A DNA stretch of 60,774 nucleotides, counting the filler, from Hausera hauseri (lineage: Eukaryota): assembly GCA_046269625.1 (NCBI GenBank). It is 11 parts of 11 records of this genome, joined end to end, with 100 filler letters (N's around TTAATTAATTAA, not from the genome) between each part and the next. Parts side by side here need not be neighbours in the genome. Positions count along the whole stretch, not along the records: positions 43,804 to 48,436 come from JBJURY010496019.1; positions 48,537 to 56,234 come from JBJURY010908199.1; positions 56,335 to 60,774 come from JBJURY010581002.1; 8 more parts are not named here. One strand, given 5' to 3'. The translations under genes were made by a program, and so were the position numbers. The notes under the pieces were generated by a model. It searched no databases. It saw nothing but the letters and a program-made list of their open reading frames with translations, and was not told the origin of the DNA. Shown in pieces: positions 47,180 through 60,099 of the stretch (positions within the stretch are counted from its first letter, which is position 1; each line of letters begins with the position of its first letter).

Positions 47180-48032
47180 CATAAGTCGAGCGAGGTGGAA
47201 TCTGTCGAGTCATTATACCTAGTAGAAATGGATGATCTATCGACGTTGGAATCATTAAAATAAGTGTGAAGTAGCGAAAGTATTGCCAAAAACAATTCAT
47301 GGGCATCGTGCTGATTGTAATCAGCCAAATCTTGGACGTGAGACCAAATTATATAGAGGAGATTTGTGAGTACCAATGGAGTTTGAATGGGTTTAAAGCT
47401 TTCGTGATTATGCGAATCATTTCGCATGCCAGGCGATCTCGACTCTGTTTAGTATTTGGACACCGATGCAAATCTAACAGGAGATAGTCCCGTAACCCAG
47501 GAGTACGAGTAAAAGCCTGAACGATAACATTGAGGAAACAGGTGTTGCCCATATTAACAAGCCATTTGGTCAGTTTATTACTATCGACCGGTGTAACGAA
47601 TTTCAATAGATAAAAATCTTTCATTTCAGGACGCCATGCTAAATCGAATATGACAAAATTGGGGAAATAAAGTTTACGGCATTGTTGAATAATTTCCCCG
47701 GAATATCCATGATATTGGACATCGCAACATTCATGGCGATAGACTTCACCATGTTGGAGTAAAACGTTTATTGCATGGCCTTTCTCTGTTGACCGCTCGC
47801 GAATGTGCCAATGTTGCCGAAAACCGGAAAAAATACAATGAGCGCACGCCATCACGTCAGAATAATCGGGGCATTTGAAATTCGTGCATCTTTTACAGTT
47901 GAAAAATACTTTTAATTTAAAGCCCTGATCTGATAAGGGAAATACGATCGTGCTAATTAAATTGCGAATTGCCAATTTATTTGAACGATTTTCAAGAAAT
48001 CTCGTTAAATGAACGCATGCCATAATTATCAT
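47180..48032 (-). pseudogene. USP22: USP22/nonstop 5' fragment (ZnF-UBP plus Cys box), intron-less and frameshifted
   Basis: MACVHL, ACAHCIFSG...H, LVNMGNTCFLNVIVQAFTRTPGLRDY, LADYNQHDAHELF. Confidence 0.88.
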
Positions 48033-48536
48033 GCAATTATAAACAATACTTGCAATATGTAACAGAAAATGTTACCTTGTTTTGTTGTGACACGTAAAGC
48101 ACTGAGAAAACAAATAGTTCGTCGAGTCAGGCCGGAGGCAGGTCTGATACCAATTTATTGTGTTAATGTAAATAAATTCCGGTCTCGATCGCAAAAAATA
48201 GACTGAGAGAATGTATCAATAATCAATTGATACGATTATTGTAGTGTCAAAATGGCAATTTATCAATAAATTCGAATTGAACAATTTTCAAAATGACCAA
48301 ACAGATAATCTAAATATTCAATATAGATGAGATAAAATATATAACCGATGTGATTCCAAAAATAGCGTTTCTTTTGATTAACAAATGGAAAATGTATTGG
48401 TTTCAAAATAAATAGATATGAAAATCCAAAAATAACNNNNNNNNNNNNNNNNNNNNNNNNNNNNNNNNNNNNNNNNNNNNTTAATTAATTAANNNNNNNN
48501 NNNNNNNNNNNNNNNNNNNNNNNNNNNNNNNNNNNN

Positions 48537-51500
48537 CTGGGTTACCGATTCACCCTTTTGTTGCGTTCTATTTTGAAATGCGATACATTTCCTTTATCGT
48601 GTAGTGAAACTGGCTTTTGTTCTTAAAAATGACACTTCCAGTAACTTTGTCTACAGCAGAAACAGAACGAAATACTTTGAGTGACGATGAATCTGCATAT
48701 CTCCATGAACACTGGTGTGAAATGGTGCATCAAGTCGACACATCACATGTAAACAACGCGATTACAGTACTCCCAACCATCGCTGTCAGAGAGTCTCTTC
48801 GACATTTACAACATTTGTAGTTGCATCTGCTTGTCGAAGGTGGAGAGTTGTACCCAACGTTCAATAAGTTTTCGGAAATGCAGACGCTCATTAGTACTGA
48901 GAGTCCCCTTGAAGAATAATTTGTCTTCCGTGCAAGTTGCACGTGATCCGTCTGATGTCCAAGATCAGGCTTTCAACAAGCTGACAGTTCTCGGGAGCAA
49001 TTTGTGTGGTCTGATATTTTCACATGCTTCTAAGTTCACTAAGGAGTATTTCGGTCCAAGTTTAAATTTATCATAGTCAGACTGTGACGGCACCTATCTG
49101 CTTTACTAAGATTATCAAGGTGAGTAAGCTCATTAACAAATTTTACTCGTTTCGCCGGTTGCTATTTTCCATCGTTGTCAGATTACGTAGCAAATCTTCG
49201 AGTCTGTTACTACTATTAGACCGTTCGTCTTCTCTCTTATGGAATAATCTTGACTTGTTTACTTCTCAAGGCAATTTCCTAGCCGCTCTTCGGGGCAAGC
49301 TCATAGCTCTATTAAATTCATTCTCTTGACTGGGTTTTGATTTGATAGCTAAGTACGGTAACACTTTTCTTGGTTATTCTATCGTGTTTTCTACCATGAT
49401 ATATTCAATTACCAAATCATCGGTTGGGTTACTCTATAATCATTTAAGACGAGAATTTCTCATCATTCTAGCTGCGTTAAATATCGGTTTCTCTTTATCG
49501 CCTAATGCGTCGCCATGGAGGCTTGAATAACTTACGATTCGTGTTAACTTTTTCATTAACTCAATCAATTCTTCGTTGTCTGCTCTAAAAGTAGGAATTC
49601 ACATCTCTCTTAATTCTCTAATCAATTCCTCGTTATATTCAACTTCTTCTCATAGTTTTCTGGGCCTACCAACAGGGCGTTTCTGTCTCGGGACAGTTGT
49701 TATCATTTAACTCAGTGAAACTGAATTCTTATCGTATTGTTCCTTGTCTTTATCAGTCTGAAAATACTCGAAATACATTGCAGCATCTCGGACTCCAATG
49801 ATTTGTCCTGCGCATTGCACTGTCTTAGCTTTACCTGCGGTTTTTTCTTTAGTGTGCTCATAAGCTACAATTGCCACTATTCCGTTTGTTTCGTCAGATA
49901 TAATCCTAACATCTATCAGATGTTATAAGTCGTGTAGTATTCTAAAAATAGAACCTAAAATAGAATCCGTAATTTAGTTCATTTGTTCCACTATTGTTTA
50001 TTAACTCTCTCTTACATCCCTCACATAGGAATATGTAGTAAACTCACATTCCTTTTCATCCATCCACTCGGATAATACTCTCAATTTCATCGTTACCTCA
50101 GGTTTATCCCTTAAGATTTTAGCGTACTTTTTTATCAAAAGCTTCGGCACCATGCTACAAACTGTTCTCGCTTGATAGTTTAGTTAGAGTCGGAATAAGT
50201 TTTCTTAACTTATTTTCAGTAATCTTTACGTTAATTAGTTCGATTAAATCTTTTTCAGTTATCGCTGAATCCAGGAGCATCTCTATATTAAATTTTCTGT
50301 TCTGTGGATACATTTCTGTTTCATTTAGCCGTACTGGAGTTATCGGATTTCCGGCGGTCATTGCGTTGAAGTACGCATCGCATTCTGGTTTATTTCCAAT
50401 TTCTGGAAGTCATAGTCTACTAGCGCCGTATTTGTTCTTTTCACGTTCTCTCGAATTTCCTTCAATCTAGGTAGTATTTCTTTCATCTATGTGTTTCAGA
50501 AACCTTCTCCGTTTCTACAGGCATACTGGACCATTTCCTATAGTTCGCCTAGTTCGTTATAATGAATAAATCCATTTTGATGATAATCATTTAGTTCGAT
50601 CATTTTTTTGCCATCTCTCTACAAATTCTGTCTTTTCGTTAATTTCTGATTTGGTAAAAGCATATTTGTTTCTATAGGTTTTGAACATTTTGCTTAGTTC
50701 TTCAAACCTTATTGTTATCTGTTTAGGTCCAATGCGTGTTTCTTCAGCCTATCATATTTTGGACATCAACTATCTCATCCTATTATCATTGATTTCTACT
50801 GTTTCTACCAGTAGATCTACCAGTACATCTCGTTAAGGATTTTTGAGTCGGGATCTATTGCATCGAGTATTTTCTTTATGAACCTAACTTCTTCAAAATT
50901 GAGATGATAATCATTAGCTCGGTATGGTAATTTTGATTTTATCCGTTCATCTACTCTTGTGGGTTGTGTATGAACTTTAACATTTCCTCTATAATTGTTT
51001 TATGTTCTGGACAAATATCTAAAATTTTGAGATCCTAAAATGAGATCTCGTCAATACGTTTAGCCTTCAAATGTTGGAATCCTTCTAGGCGGACGTTTCT
51101 TAATCTTGCGTAAAAATTACAAGTCATATTTCGTTTTTCGGTGAACCTTGTTTCTTCAATCATTTTCTATATCTTGTCCAATATCGTAAATTCCTGCTTC
51201 TTTCCCATAAATTTTAGTTGGCGTAATGCGTCAAATTGAGCCACGATATCTATTTCTGCTCATCTTGTACCTAAGTTCCGTGTACATTCTTCTAGTTGTT
51301 TCTTTACCTTAAGCTCGCTTTCTGGAAATTTTCTACTATCTCTATGGGTGTAACTGATTTCTGGTGTGTTCAAGCTCGGTTCTACGTCGCTTTCAACAGC
51401 TATGTTCGTATCTTTTGTTTCTTATAATTTTTCTTTTGCTACCTGAGATCGTGAACGACTTCTAAGTTTTTGTTTATGTGAAGGGCTACGGCCTCTAATT

Positions 51501-52427
51501 TTCGTAATTTTTAGTATTAATGGTTCCATAAATTCTTTTTTGTATATATTGTCACAGTAATTTTGTTTACTTTTTCCATATGAACTCAGAATTTGGATCT
51601 AAATTGTCTTCTGTTGAATTTCCTGGTTTATCTGGTTAATTTGCCATTTCACTATTTGCCGGAAAATTTTTCTTCCGCATCATATACGTTGAATTTTGTG
51701 TTATTCCTTATCCATATACTGTTTGCGGTTCGGCAAATCGTGATATACTTATAATAGTATCTTTTCTGGCCAAAAAAATTTGTAGATTAGTAATCTCAGG
51801 CTGAGGATCTAAAATTCGCGCAAGTCTTGTATGTCGATAATAGTACAGTAGAGGGAAAATGTGCGTTCTTACTCAAGCAGGAAGGTGGGTCCACCCACGC
51901 ATCACATGACCGTCACATTGTTTCTGGTCAATTCGACTACAGCGAGTTCGACAGTGCACAGTACGCCGCTGCAGCAGATCAAGCAAAGACGAGATATGCA
52001 AATGAAAAATACCAACTTCTTACAGAAACAAAATTTGAGCAGACATAGATGAGTGGAATTGTAGTTTTGAGTACGGACGTTCGAATGATTCACATAACGT
52101 TTAGGTCAGGTGAAGAGGTAAGTTGGAAAAATCGGTCAAAAAGTAGGGGTCGGGATCCAACATTGGCCTATGGGACCGGATAAAATGTGTGGAAGAAAAG
52201 GCGGTCATTGTTTTGCGAATCACGTGACAGTCACGCGACACGCATGTGCATCACGTAAAACGCGTAATCGATTACGAGATCATTCTGAAATTTACTATAT
52301 ATTTGATAATATTTGATACTAATATTGGTATATTTGATACTAATTGATAATATGTGGTAATATTTAATAATAATGTAAAACATGATTTAAGTATAACAGT
52401 AATAGTAATAAATTACTTCGTAGTACA
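48537..52427 (-). mobile_element. Heavily decayed LTR element (putative LTR 51781-52427; gag/protease remnants; env-like remnant at about 48540-49120)
   Basis: TGTAC...CTACA bounded segment followed by TGG; LLDSAI protease-like motif near 50270; many stops. Confidence 0.4.
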
Positions 52428-52459
52428 AAGAAGAAGAAAAGGTGAGACATTGGATATTA

Positions 52460-53694
52460 TTTACATAATGATGTTTCCATTTTTGTTATTTCAACCTCGG
52501 CATCAAATACACCGTAAATGTACATCGCGGTAGACTGCTTCAACGCTTTAGCAAAGTAAACCTCCAGTCTAGAGTTTCCCTGCTGAGATAGTTAAGTCTG
52601 TTCAACATCATAGTCTGAAGCCAGGACAAAGTTGAAAAATGGATAAGTGGACTTGAACAAATCCATCGATATTCCATTATTGATGTTTTTGTTCAAAAAA
52701 CCCATGTTGTGTACAATAGATTGCATATATGTGCAAACTTAATTACCGGTCTCAAAATTCTGCTTGTATATCTCACCGAAATCTGCATTCTTACCCAAAG
52801 TGATGTAATTCACATTGCTATGTGTAAAAGTTTCCGAATCGTGGTATAACTGCCCGTTTGTTGAACAGTCGTTTCAAATGTAACAAGCAAAAATTTTGGC
52901 AATCTCATGTCGCCAAACAGTGCATCTTTGTAAACGTAGTCGAACCTTTGGGCATGGTGTAAAACACGAATTCTGTGGGTTTTAATGGATAACAGGCATG
53001 TTGTGTTTCCAAGCCCAATCGATGTCCAATGAGTACAGATGGTTCTACCTTTACACAACGTGCGTATAATCGTGCCTCGTTAGTTTTAAGTGTGGGTTTA
53101 AGATTTGCAACTGTGCTTTTAAAACAAAAGACATTATTGCTGCGTTTGAGCCGAACCATAGATTTAACACCGGGAAGTAGGTATTTCGGCTTATCTAAAA
53201 AGTCAAAGAACAGCGGTCCACACATGGTACGCGCTTTTTGATTCTGTCACCCGTGCCTGATGGTTTGCTGCAGTGGTGTCATATCCAATAGTTTTCATCA
53301 ATTGAGTCGTTTTCGTGTCTGCATTGTAATTCAGATCCGTTTCAATGAGTGATTTGATACTGTATAGACTGATGTTGCCTTTAATTTTGACGCTGTTTAT
53401 AGCCAGTGAAGCCTCCTGGAACAGTGTGAAGAAAAGGTAATTGGCCAGTGTGACAATGTCTTTTGCTGCAAGAACCATTGATGCATCCCTCTTAAGAATG
53501 ACGTTTACATACAGTAGCGTATGGCTAAAATCGAGATATTCATTGTCTAAGGCCATAATGTTAAATTGAATGTTTATGTTATCGTCAGTTGAAACAAAAT
53601 CAACATAGTAGATTTCTTCAAATGCAGGATTGTCAATAACAAATTGTGGCGCGCCTTTGTCAAATATATACAATTCAGATTTTTCAGATGCCAC
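52460..53694 (-). pseudogene. Maverick/adintovirus major capsid protein (double jelly-roll), frameshifted
   Basis: KSELYIFD..PQ..I, YLDFSHTLLYV, GPLFFDFLDKPKYLLPGV...LKRS, LYARCVKV. Confidence 0.85.
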
Positions 53695-53714
53695 TTTTCT
53701 GTTTTACCACAAAT

Positions 53715-54026
53715 TTACGTCTGTCTACCACGTTTTCTCAAGCCATTACCAGCGAATTGTTTTTTGACTGGCTCAACGACTCCCGGTGCAGCTCTTTTTA
53801 TTTCTGACAAGACGTGTTCCTTCAGTGAGGGTAAAATTGATTTGTTTTCATATAGTACATCCTGTGCTGTTTTAGCGGCCACAGCTCTAATAAGCTTCAA
53901 CACAGGAAATGCTAAGCGTGTCATTGTACACAACCATCCAAAGACATACTGTTTCCCAACGAAATACGGTAGTTCTCCACCTTGCTCAGGTTTACTGTAA
54001 ATTGAAACAATTTTAGAATCAATCAT
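53715..54026 (-). pseudogene. Small basic Maverick core/membrane-type protein upstream of the capsid gene
   Basis: QGGELPYFVGKQY..GW....RLAFPVLK with a basic C-terminus, in the typical position. Confidence 0.6.
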
Positions 54027-54790
54027 GTTGTTGGTTTCGACGGAAATAAAGAGTTAGAGAAGTTGTGGTTCCGTATGGGAATTCAATAAAATAGCCTGCA
54101 TCACATCTGATATTCACTTCAACACTGATTATTGATCTAGTTGCCACAAGTAAGTTCATTGGATTATCAAGCTTGACAATGACAATTATCTCCAAAAGTA
54201 TACCTATTACTCTTTGGACAAATTTAACGGAGTAGCTGCACACGTACTCCACCCATCAGAATTGGTTCGGTGACGTTCATGATAATGTACATCTGATGTA
54301 GTTCGTTTTTCAGCTTTGGTTTAAGTTTTGCAACATGTACCTTCGTATTCACCTCAAACCGATGTTTCTCAAAACCCAATACCATAGCCAAAGCTTTATC
54401 CAACCAAATTTCAACCACATCCTTATTCAGTTTGAATGTGACGTAGCCTTTGTATCTGACGTGAAAGCCTTAAATATATCTTTGTACCTGTTAGACGAAA
54501 AATGTCGACCGAGATTTGCTACAGATTCACAATAGATATTATCGCCAATTGATATATCTGATGTTGACACGCTTTATCCAGTAAGGGCAAAATTTACCGA
54601 TTTGTCGTAAAATACTGGACTGAGCCTTGGCAAAACTTTGTGATCATTAGAAACAACCATACATTTGAGATCTTTAGTTTTGAATCCAAATTTATGCGCC
54701 ATTTCAATGGACTCACAACATATTAACTGGTTGATTTGTTCGGACGAGTAGTCGGACAACTATTGCTCGATAACACCATCTAAAGACTCA
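54019..54790 (-). pseudogene. Maverick minor capsid (penton-like) protein A
   Basis: N-terminal VLSSNS..; MYIIMNVTEPILMGGVRVQLLR; TTSLTLYFR. Confidence 0.65.
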
Positions 54791-54894
54791 TGATCTCGAA
54801 GATGACGATAATGATGATGATAGTAATGATGCAGTTTGTTTATTATCGATGACGACGACGAAGAAAATGTAGCATCAAATGTGTCTTCGCTCCA

Positions 54895-55850
54895 AACTAA
54901 ATGAAATGGGTTTCAAAATTCGTCTACTATATAAACGGAAATACTGTGCACAACATTGTGAGAGAAATATAAATACATGGGTCCGATGATACTTACGTGA
55001 ACAGTTTCGCCGGGTATTTTGTACGTGTCTGAATCCAGTCCAATAGAAGTCAATAGTTGTTTACGGTCTCCGCGAACATATACGCGTTCGGTTAGATCCA
55101 TTAAAATATTGATTCGATGAAATACTTCATAGAGATGTGGTTTGTATTTAGTAACAATAGGTCGATCGCCGCCGCCAGTTTCACCGAATTTTCGTTTTTT
55201 AAACCCAGATTTCTTGCCAATAGTTCATGTAGTATAAACGAGTTTAATTTAAATGTCTTCAGAGGGAATTTAGCTACTGCCTTGATGGTCACATACAATT
55301 CTGTTTCCCTTTCCGTAAGAAATCCACTTTCTGTTGTATTAGAGTAAACAATGATTCAGCCTTTTGCCAGGTCACTTTAATATCGGTGGTTTTCATGATA
55401 TTTTCGGAAAAGCTCAATTTTTTACTAATTATGCTATGTTCACCGAGCTGTAGACCTTTTGAGTGCACATTGACAGATTAAGAACCCCGTGCCGGAGCGT
55501 CGGCTAGTGATTTAAATTGCAAATTAATTGAATGTTTGTGTTTTAGTACCAATCGATTGGTTAAATGAAAAATATAAATTGGGAAATATTGTCGCTTGTA
55601 ATTGTGAACGCGAAATCCCTTAGAGTCTCGGACTAACTGAAGAGGACTATATGCAGTAGATTGTCTTAGTAGAGTATAGTATATTCCAGTGTTTTCACGT
55701 ATTGTCATTGGTGAAAATGTAAATACGAATTCTGTCAAAGCCACTTCCCAGGCTCCTTGGCGTAAATCGAGCGACTGTTCCAACATCATGGTAAACCGTT
55801 CAGCGGTATTGTTGTTTTTGTTATTTTCATGTTATGATTATCTGTTACTA
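54895..55850 (-). pseudogene. Maverick minor capsid (penton-like) protein B
   Basis: NNTAERFTMMLEQSLDL..GAWEVALTEF; DLTERVYVRGDRKQLL...PMY...ISVYIVD. Confidence 0.7.
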
Positions 55851-55879
55851 TCAAGTACAAAATAAATGCTCATCACTCA

Positions 55880-56234
55880 ATCTGCAATGCAAATATACAA
55901 CTCGATATAGTGTGTCCATGCCACTTGACGAGATATTGTTTATTAGAAAGTTTATATCGTGAACGTAGAATTTCCTGAGTACGATACACATCAAATTTTC
56001 CGGTAGTACTTGCTGTTCCTATTCGTGAAATTTGCCACGTATTTCGTCAGCATTTTCGTCTTCTAAATCGTGCATAAAAGGAAATTGTTTTGTGTTGATT
56101 GCTGAAATTCCGAAAATGTCATCGTTCTAGTTCTGATTGAAATTCTCAATAAATGGTGTCATCCTCAGCTTCGAAATACGTACATAATTACCGATTTTAT
56201 ACTTGGGACGTTTAACTAGTCGTCGCTGTGTTCT
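55880..56234 (-). pseudogene. Maverick integrase C-terminus with chromodomain remnant
   Basis: PKYKIGNYVRIS, IRGKFHE, QYLVKWHG. Confidence 0.7.
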
Positions 56235-56988
56235 NNNNNNNNNNNNNNNNNNNNNNNNNNNNNNNNNNNNNNNNNNNNTTAATTAATTAANNNNNNNNNN
56301 NNNNNNNNNNNNNNNNNNNNNNNNNNNNNNNNNNACAATAATTATTTATATCGAGTTGTAATATAAGTTACAAATAGTTAATATTCATTAAATCATTTTA
56401 ACACGAAATTGCCAGACAAATTAAATTTTGTAAAGAGACTATTTGGAAGGAGCCCAATGAAAGTTCTGGAACTTGGGTATGGAAACATTTCCTTCCACGA
56501 TTTACATTTTGTTCCATTGCCAATTTTATTTATTTACTCTCAGTTCTTGACAGCGGAGGAATTTCGACGCATAAAAGCGAAGGAACTAGGCTCAGATGTA
56601 ACCAACTTAGATAACTGAAGATGGAAAGTTTCACGTTTAAAAAAGTTTGACTGTTTCGTATCTTCTTAATTTTTCGGAGACAGTTGAAGTTTTGTGGAAT
56701 AGAAGTTAATTGTATTTGGTTAACACTATGGAACAATAGGTTTTAAAAATAAGTTTTACATTGAGTCTACATTCCAGATACAATAATTATGAGTAAATAA
56801 AATTATCTTCGAAATCTTTGGAAAAGTTTAACAAATTTCAAAATTTTTAAAGAAACATTGTGTTAAAATTATCACCGTGATACTGTATTTATACCAATTT
56901 TACCGTTTGATTTATATCAATATTATGTAAGTAGATATTCTTTAGAACGAAAAACTATAAAAGAAAGACAAATGGGGGAAGCACGTCG

Positions 56989-59706
56989 CACAACGACTTG
57001 AAAATTGTGTATCGGTAAATTGAAAATCCGAATAATAAGAAATGTAGTCTATATGCCAGCTAAGCTAAATCCGAAAAATCTTTTAAATTGGCCTATCCCG
57101 TTTCGATGAATTATTTGGAGAAGTTTTAGCATGGCGAAGTGGTTCCAGTGTTCAAAATTACCAGTTTTAATACCCGGATTCGAAAATGCAAGTGAACTCA
57201 TATTTAATACATTACTATACATACCTGGGGAATAAGTACAAACCACAAAGCGAATAAATTGTAAGGAATGTAAGGAATTTAAGGATAAAAGAATGTTTTA
57301 TTTTTTGTACGGAATTTTTACCATCGTTTTTAATGACGAAAAAACACTTTCAACGGGATTGATAAACGGAGAATATGGAACTGAATTGATTTCACAAGCT
57401 TAAGAATGCTAAAATTTACATACTTATGGCTTTAAAGTTTACCAGTTAAGTGTAATTATAGCATTTATTGCTTGATACATATTTCAAATTTTAGTTGTGT
57501 TCACTTGAATTTTCATTTGGTGCACTTGCATTTTAATATCGTTCACTTGAATTCCTTAAATTTGCTTTCAGACTGAAAAGATCGTAAAAGATTATTCATC
57601 CGAGGTCACTAAGCTATAGTTTCACTTTAAATAAAGATTTATGGTTAGATTTTTTGGAAATTTGCTTTTATCCTCTACACAATATGTAATTTTTAGAAAT
57701 GGGTAGAAATTCAAAGAAGAAGCGAGCTCAACTGGACTATATAATGAAGTCGTGGATTAAGAACAAGCAAAAAGAAGGACACCAAGACAAAGACAAGAAG
57801 CACAACAACAGCTAAGAGACAGAGCCTGCAGGGTTGGTTCAATTCATTCAACCGATCAATTCACCTAAAAAGCACGAGCTATTGGATTTACAAAAGTTCG
57901 GTTTAAGAAAATAGCATTAAAAGCTCTACAAAATGCCCGTGTTGCTAATTTTATTTGTAAAGGAAATCTTTAAAAGAGGACGCAAGCGTCTCAACATTTC
58001 CAAAAATTTCAACATTTCTCCAGAAAAATAATTTGGGATGAAACTTAGTGCTAGAATATCAAATATTGGTCTCAAAAATGAACCATTGCTTAAAAGCCTC
58101 TTGGAATGTCACTTTCATCCGAGTACAAGCTTGAAATGGTCCGAAATAAATTTGAAGAATTAATTCAGTATGAAAAATCTCTATCTGGGGAGTTTGTGCT
58201 CAAAAATATTGTCAATGTGTTGGAAGAAAGAAAAAATGACTTGGAATTTCTGAAGCTGAAGACAAATTTATTTTACTCTCTCTTGATAAAGGACGGCAGA
58301 AATTTACAGCAACAGTTTCTTCTATCTACCATCCAACCAAGCCCTCTTACTATAATTTTTTACCAATTGTCTGATGGGAAGGCTCGGACTCATATGGTTG
58401 TATCTCCAAATCAGCACGCCAAGATCAATATAATGAGCTTCAACAAACCAGATATAGAATTTTCTGGGGTAGATTTATCGTTTATAACAACAAACTACGG
58501 ACTTAGCTGTGGAATGAACTATTCATGCTTATGGTGTGACATTACTTCCCAGAAGGGCCTATGGCTAATGCAAATGTTATTGACTTCAAAAAGCATCAAG
58601 AAAGAACAGAGAAGATTGAGAAAGAAATTTCTATAAAGTGGCCTAAGAAAGCTTAGAAAAAAGAGAGTCTGCTTGATATTCCAAAATATCATGTTGTTCC
58701 TCCAATTCTACATGGAAAGATTAAAGTCGGCAATGGTCTTTTTATGTTGCTTTATTAAGAGGAGTAATTAAACGATGAATCTCAAAGCGTCTGCAAGTCT
58801 TGAAAGTTCGATATAGACCGAAATCTCGTTTTCACAGTGGTCATATTAAACGTTTGTTTAAGGCCATTCCTAAGTTCAATCAAATTCAGTTGTCAACTAA
58901 ATCTCAAAAAATCATTGAAGTCTTTTCCGAATTTGATAAATGGGCCACTGTGATATCTTCAACAAACACAAACCTTTCTGACTCAGAATTTTCAAATATT
59001 GATTGTAAAGCTGAACATGCCGTCAACACGGAATGCTGTCAAACAGCCAAGATGGTTAAGGGGCCGCAGGAAGTTGGGGTTTTGGATCTAGTCCCATGGT
59101 TCATGTGATACTTTCTCATCTCGGTTCTTTTATTCATACACAAATTCCTCTGTGCCGTCTCAGAAGAAGTCATCGAGGCTGTACATAGCAAGTTACCAAC
59201 CGAGATGACCAATCACAAAATGAATCGAGACTCTCGCTTACAAAACGCTTTGAAGTATATGACTGTGGACGTCCTTCTTTGCGACAGCAATAAAATTATT
59301 ACAGGCCATTTTGTAAACATTTTTCTTTATAACCTGTTTTGTTTGTTCTGAATCTTGTAAGGAAGATATTTTAAATCATATTCCTAAACATTTCAATTTG
59401 TTATAAATTTATCATTACTGGTCATAATTTGTCACAGAAAAACACAACTATCACAAAGAACACTGGAAAAAATTCCTTTTACTAATGCCACTGGCTGGAT
59501 TGGAACCCGGGCCTTAACACTGGTAATTATGACCCCTGGAGCCACTGCGCCATTCTAAAATTTCTCCGTCTAATTTCTCGAAAGTGGATAGGCCAATTTA
59601 AAAATTTTTTCGGATGTAACTTAGCTGGCATATAGGCTACATTTCTTATTATTCGGATTTTCAATTTACCGATACATGATTTTTACATAACTATCAAGTC
59701 GTTGTG
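56989..59706 (+). mobile_element. Transib/Chapaev-like (RAG1-related) DNA transposon with about 200-bp imperfect TIRs starting CACAACG; transposase decayed
   Basis: CACAACGACTTGA...GTATCGGTAAATTGAAAATCCGAATAATAAGAAATGTAG (56989-) is inverted at 59706-. Transposase motifs: D...YG....YSCLWC, PPILH, SEEVIEAVH. No TSD seen. Confidence 0.75.
59486..59560 (-). pseudogene. tRNA-derived (Gly-like) sequence within the right TIR, with a more decayed mirror at about 57125-57195 (+)
   Basis: A-box TGGCGCAGTGG, B-box GGTTCCAATCC, and a 3' half AGGCCCGGGTTCCAATCCAGCCAGTGGCA resembling tRNA-Gly. Confidence 0.55.
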
Positions 59707-60099
59707 TTATATGAGTAAACTTTCGTTGGATGATATGCCTCATGAAGAAGATTTTCCAGAATATGCACAAGTTCATTCAGAAGATTATATAGGAAATGAA
59801 CAAATGGATACATCAAATAAAATAGAAGCTGATAAAATGGAAGAGGAATGTCGGGAAGTTTGCCAACACAGTGAGTGTGATGATGGCGAAGATGAGTTAA
59901 ATATTATCGAAGACAGCGAAAAAGTTGCTGCGATGAATAAAAATGACAATTAACGATTTTTAGTGTTGTAGTGTTAATAAAGTTGTTGCTTATATACATT
60001 TTGTTTTATAGATTTATGACACTTCAGATATGGTTTGAGGGTCAAAAAGGTCAATCTATAGGATGTATAGGGTCATTAAATATGGTGTTGATAAATTGT

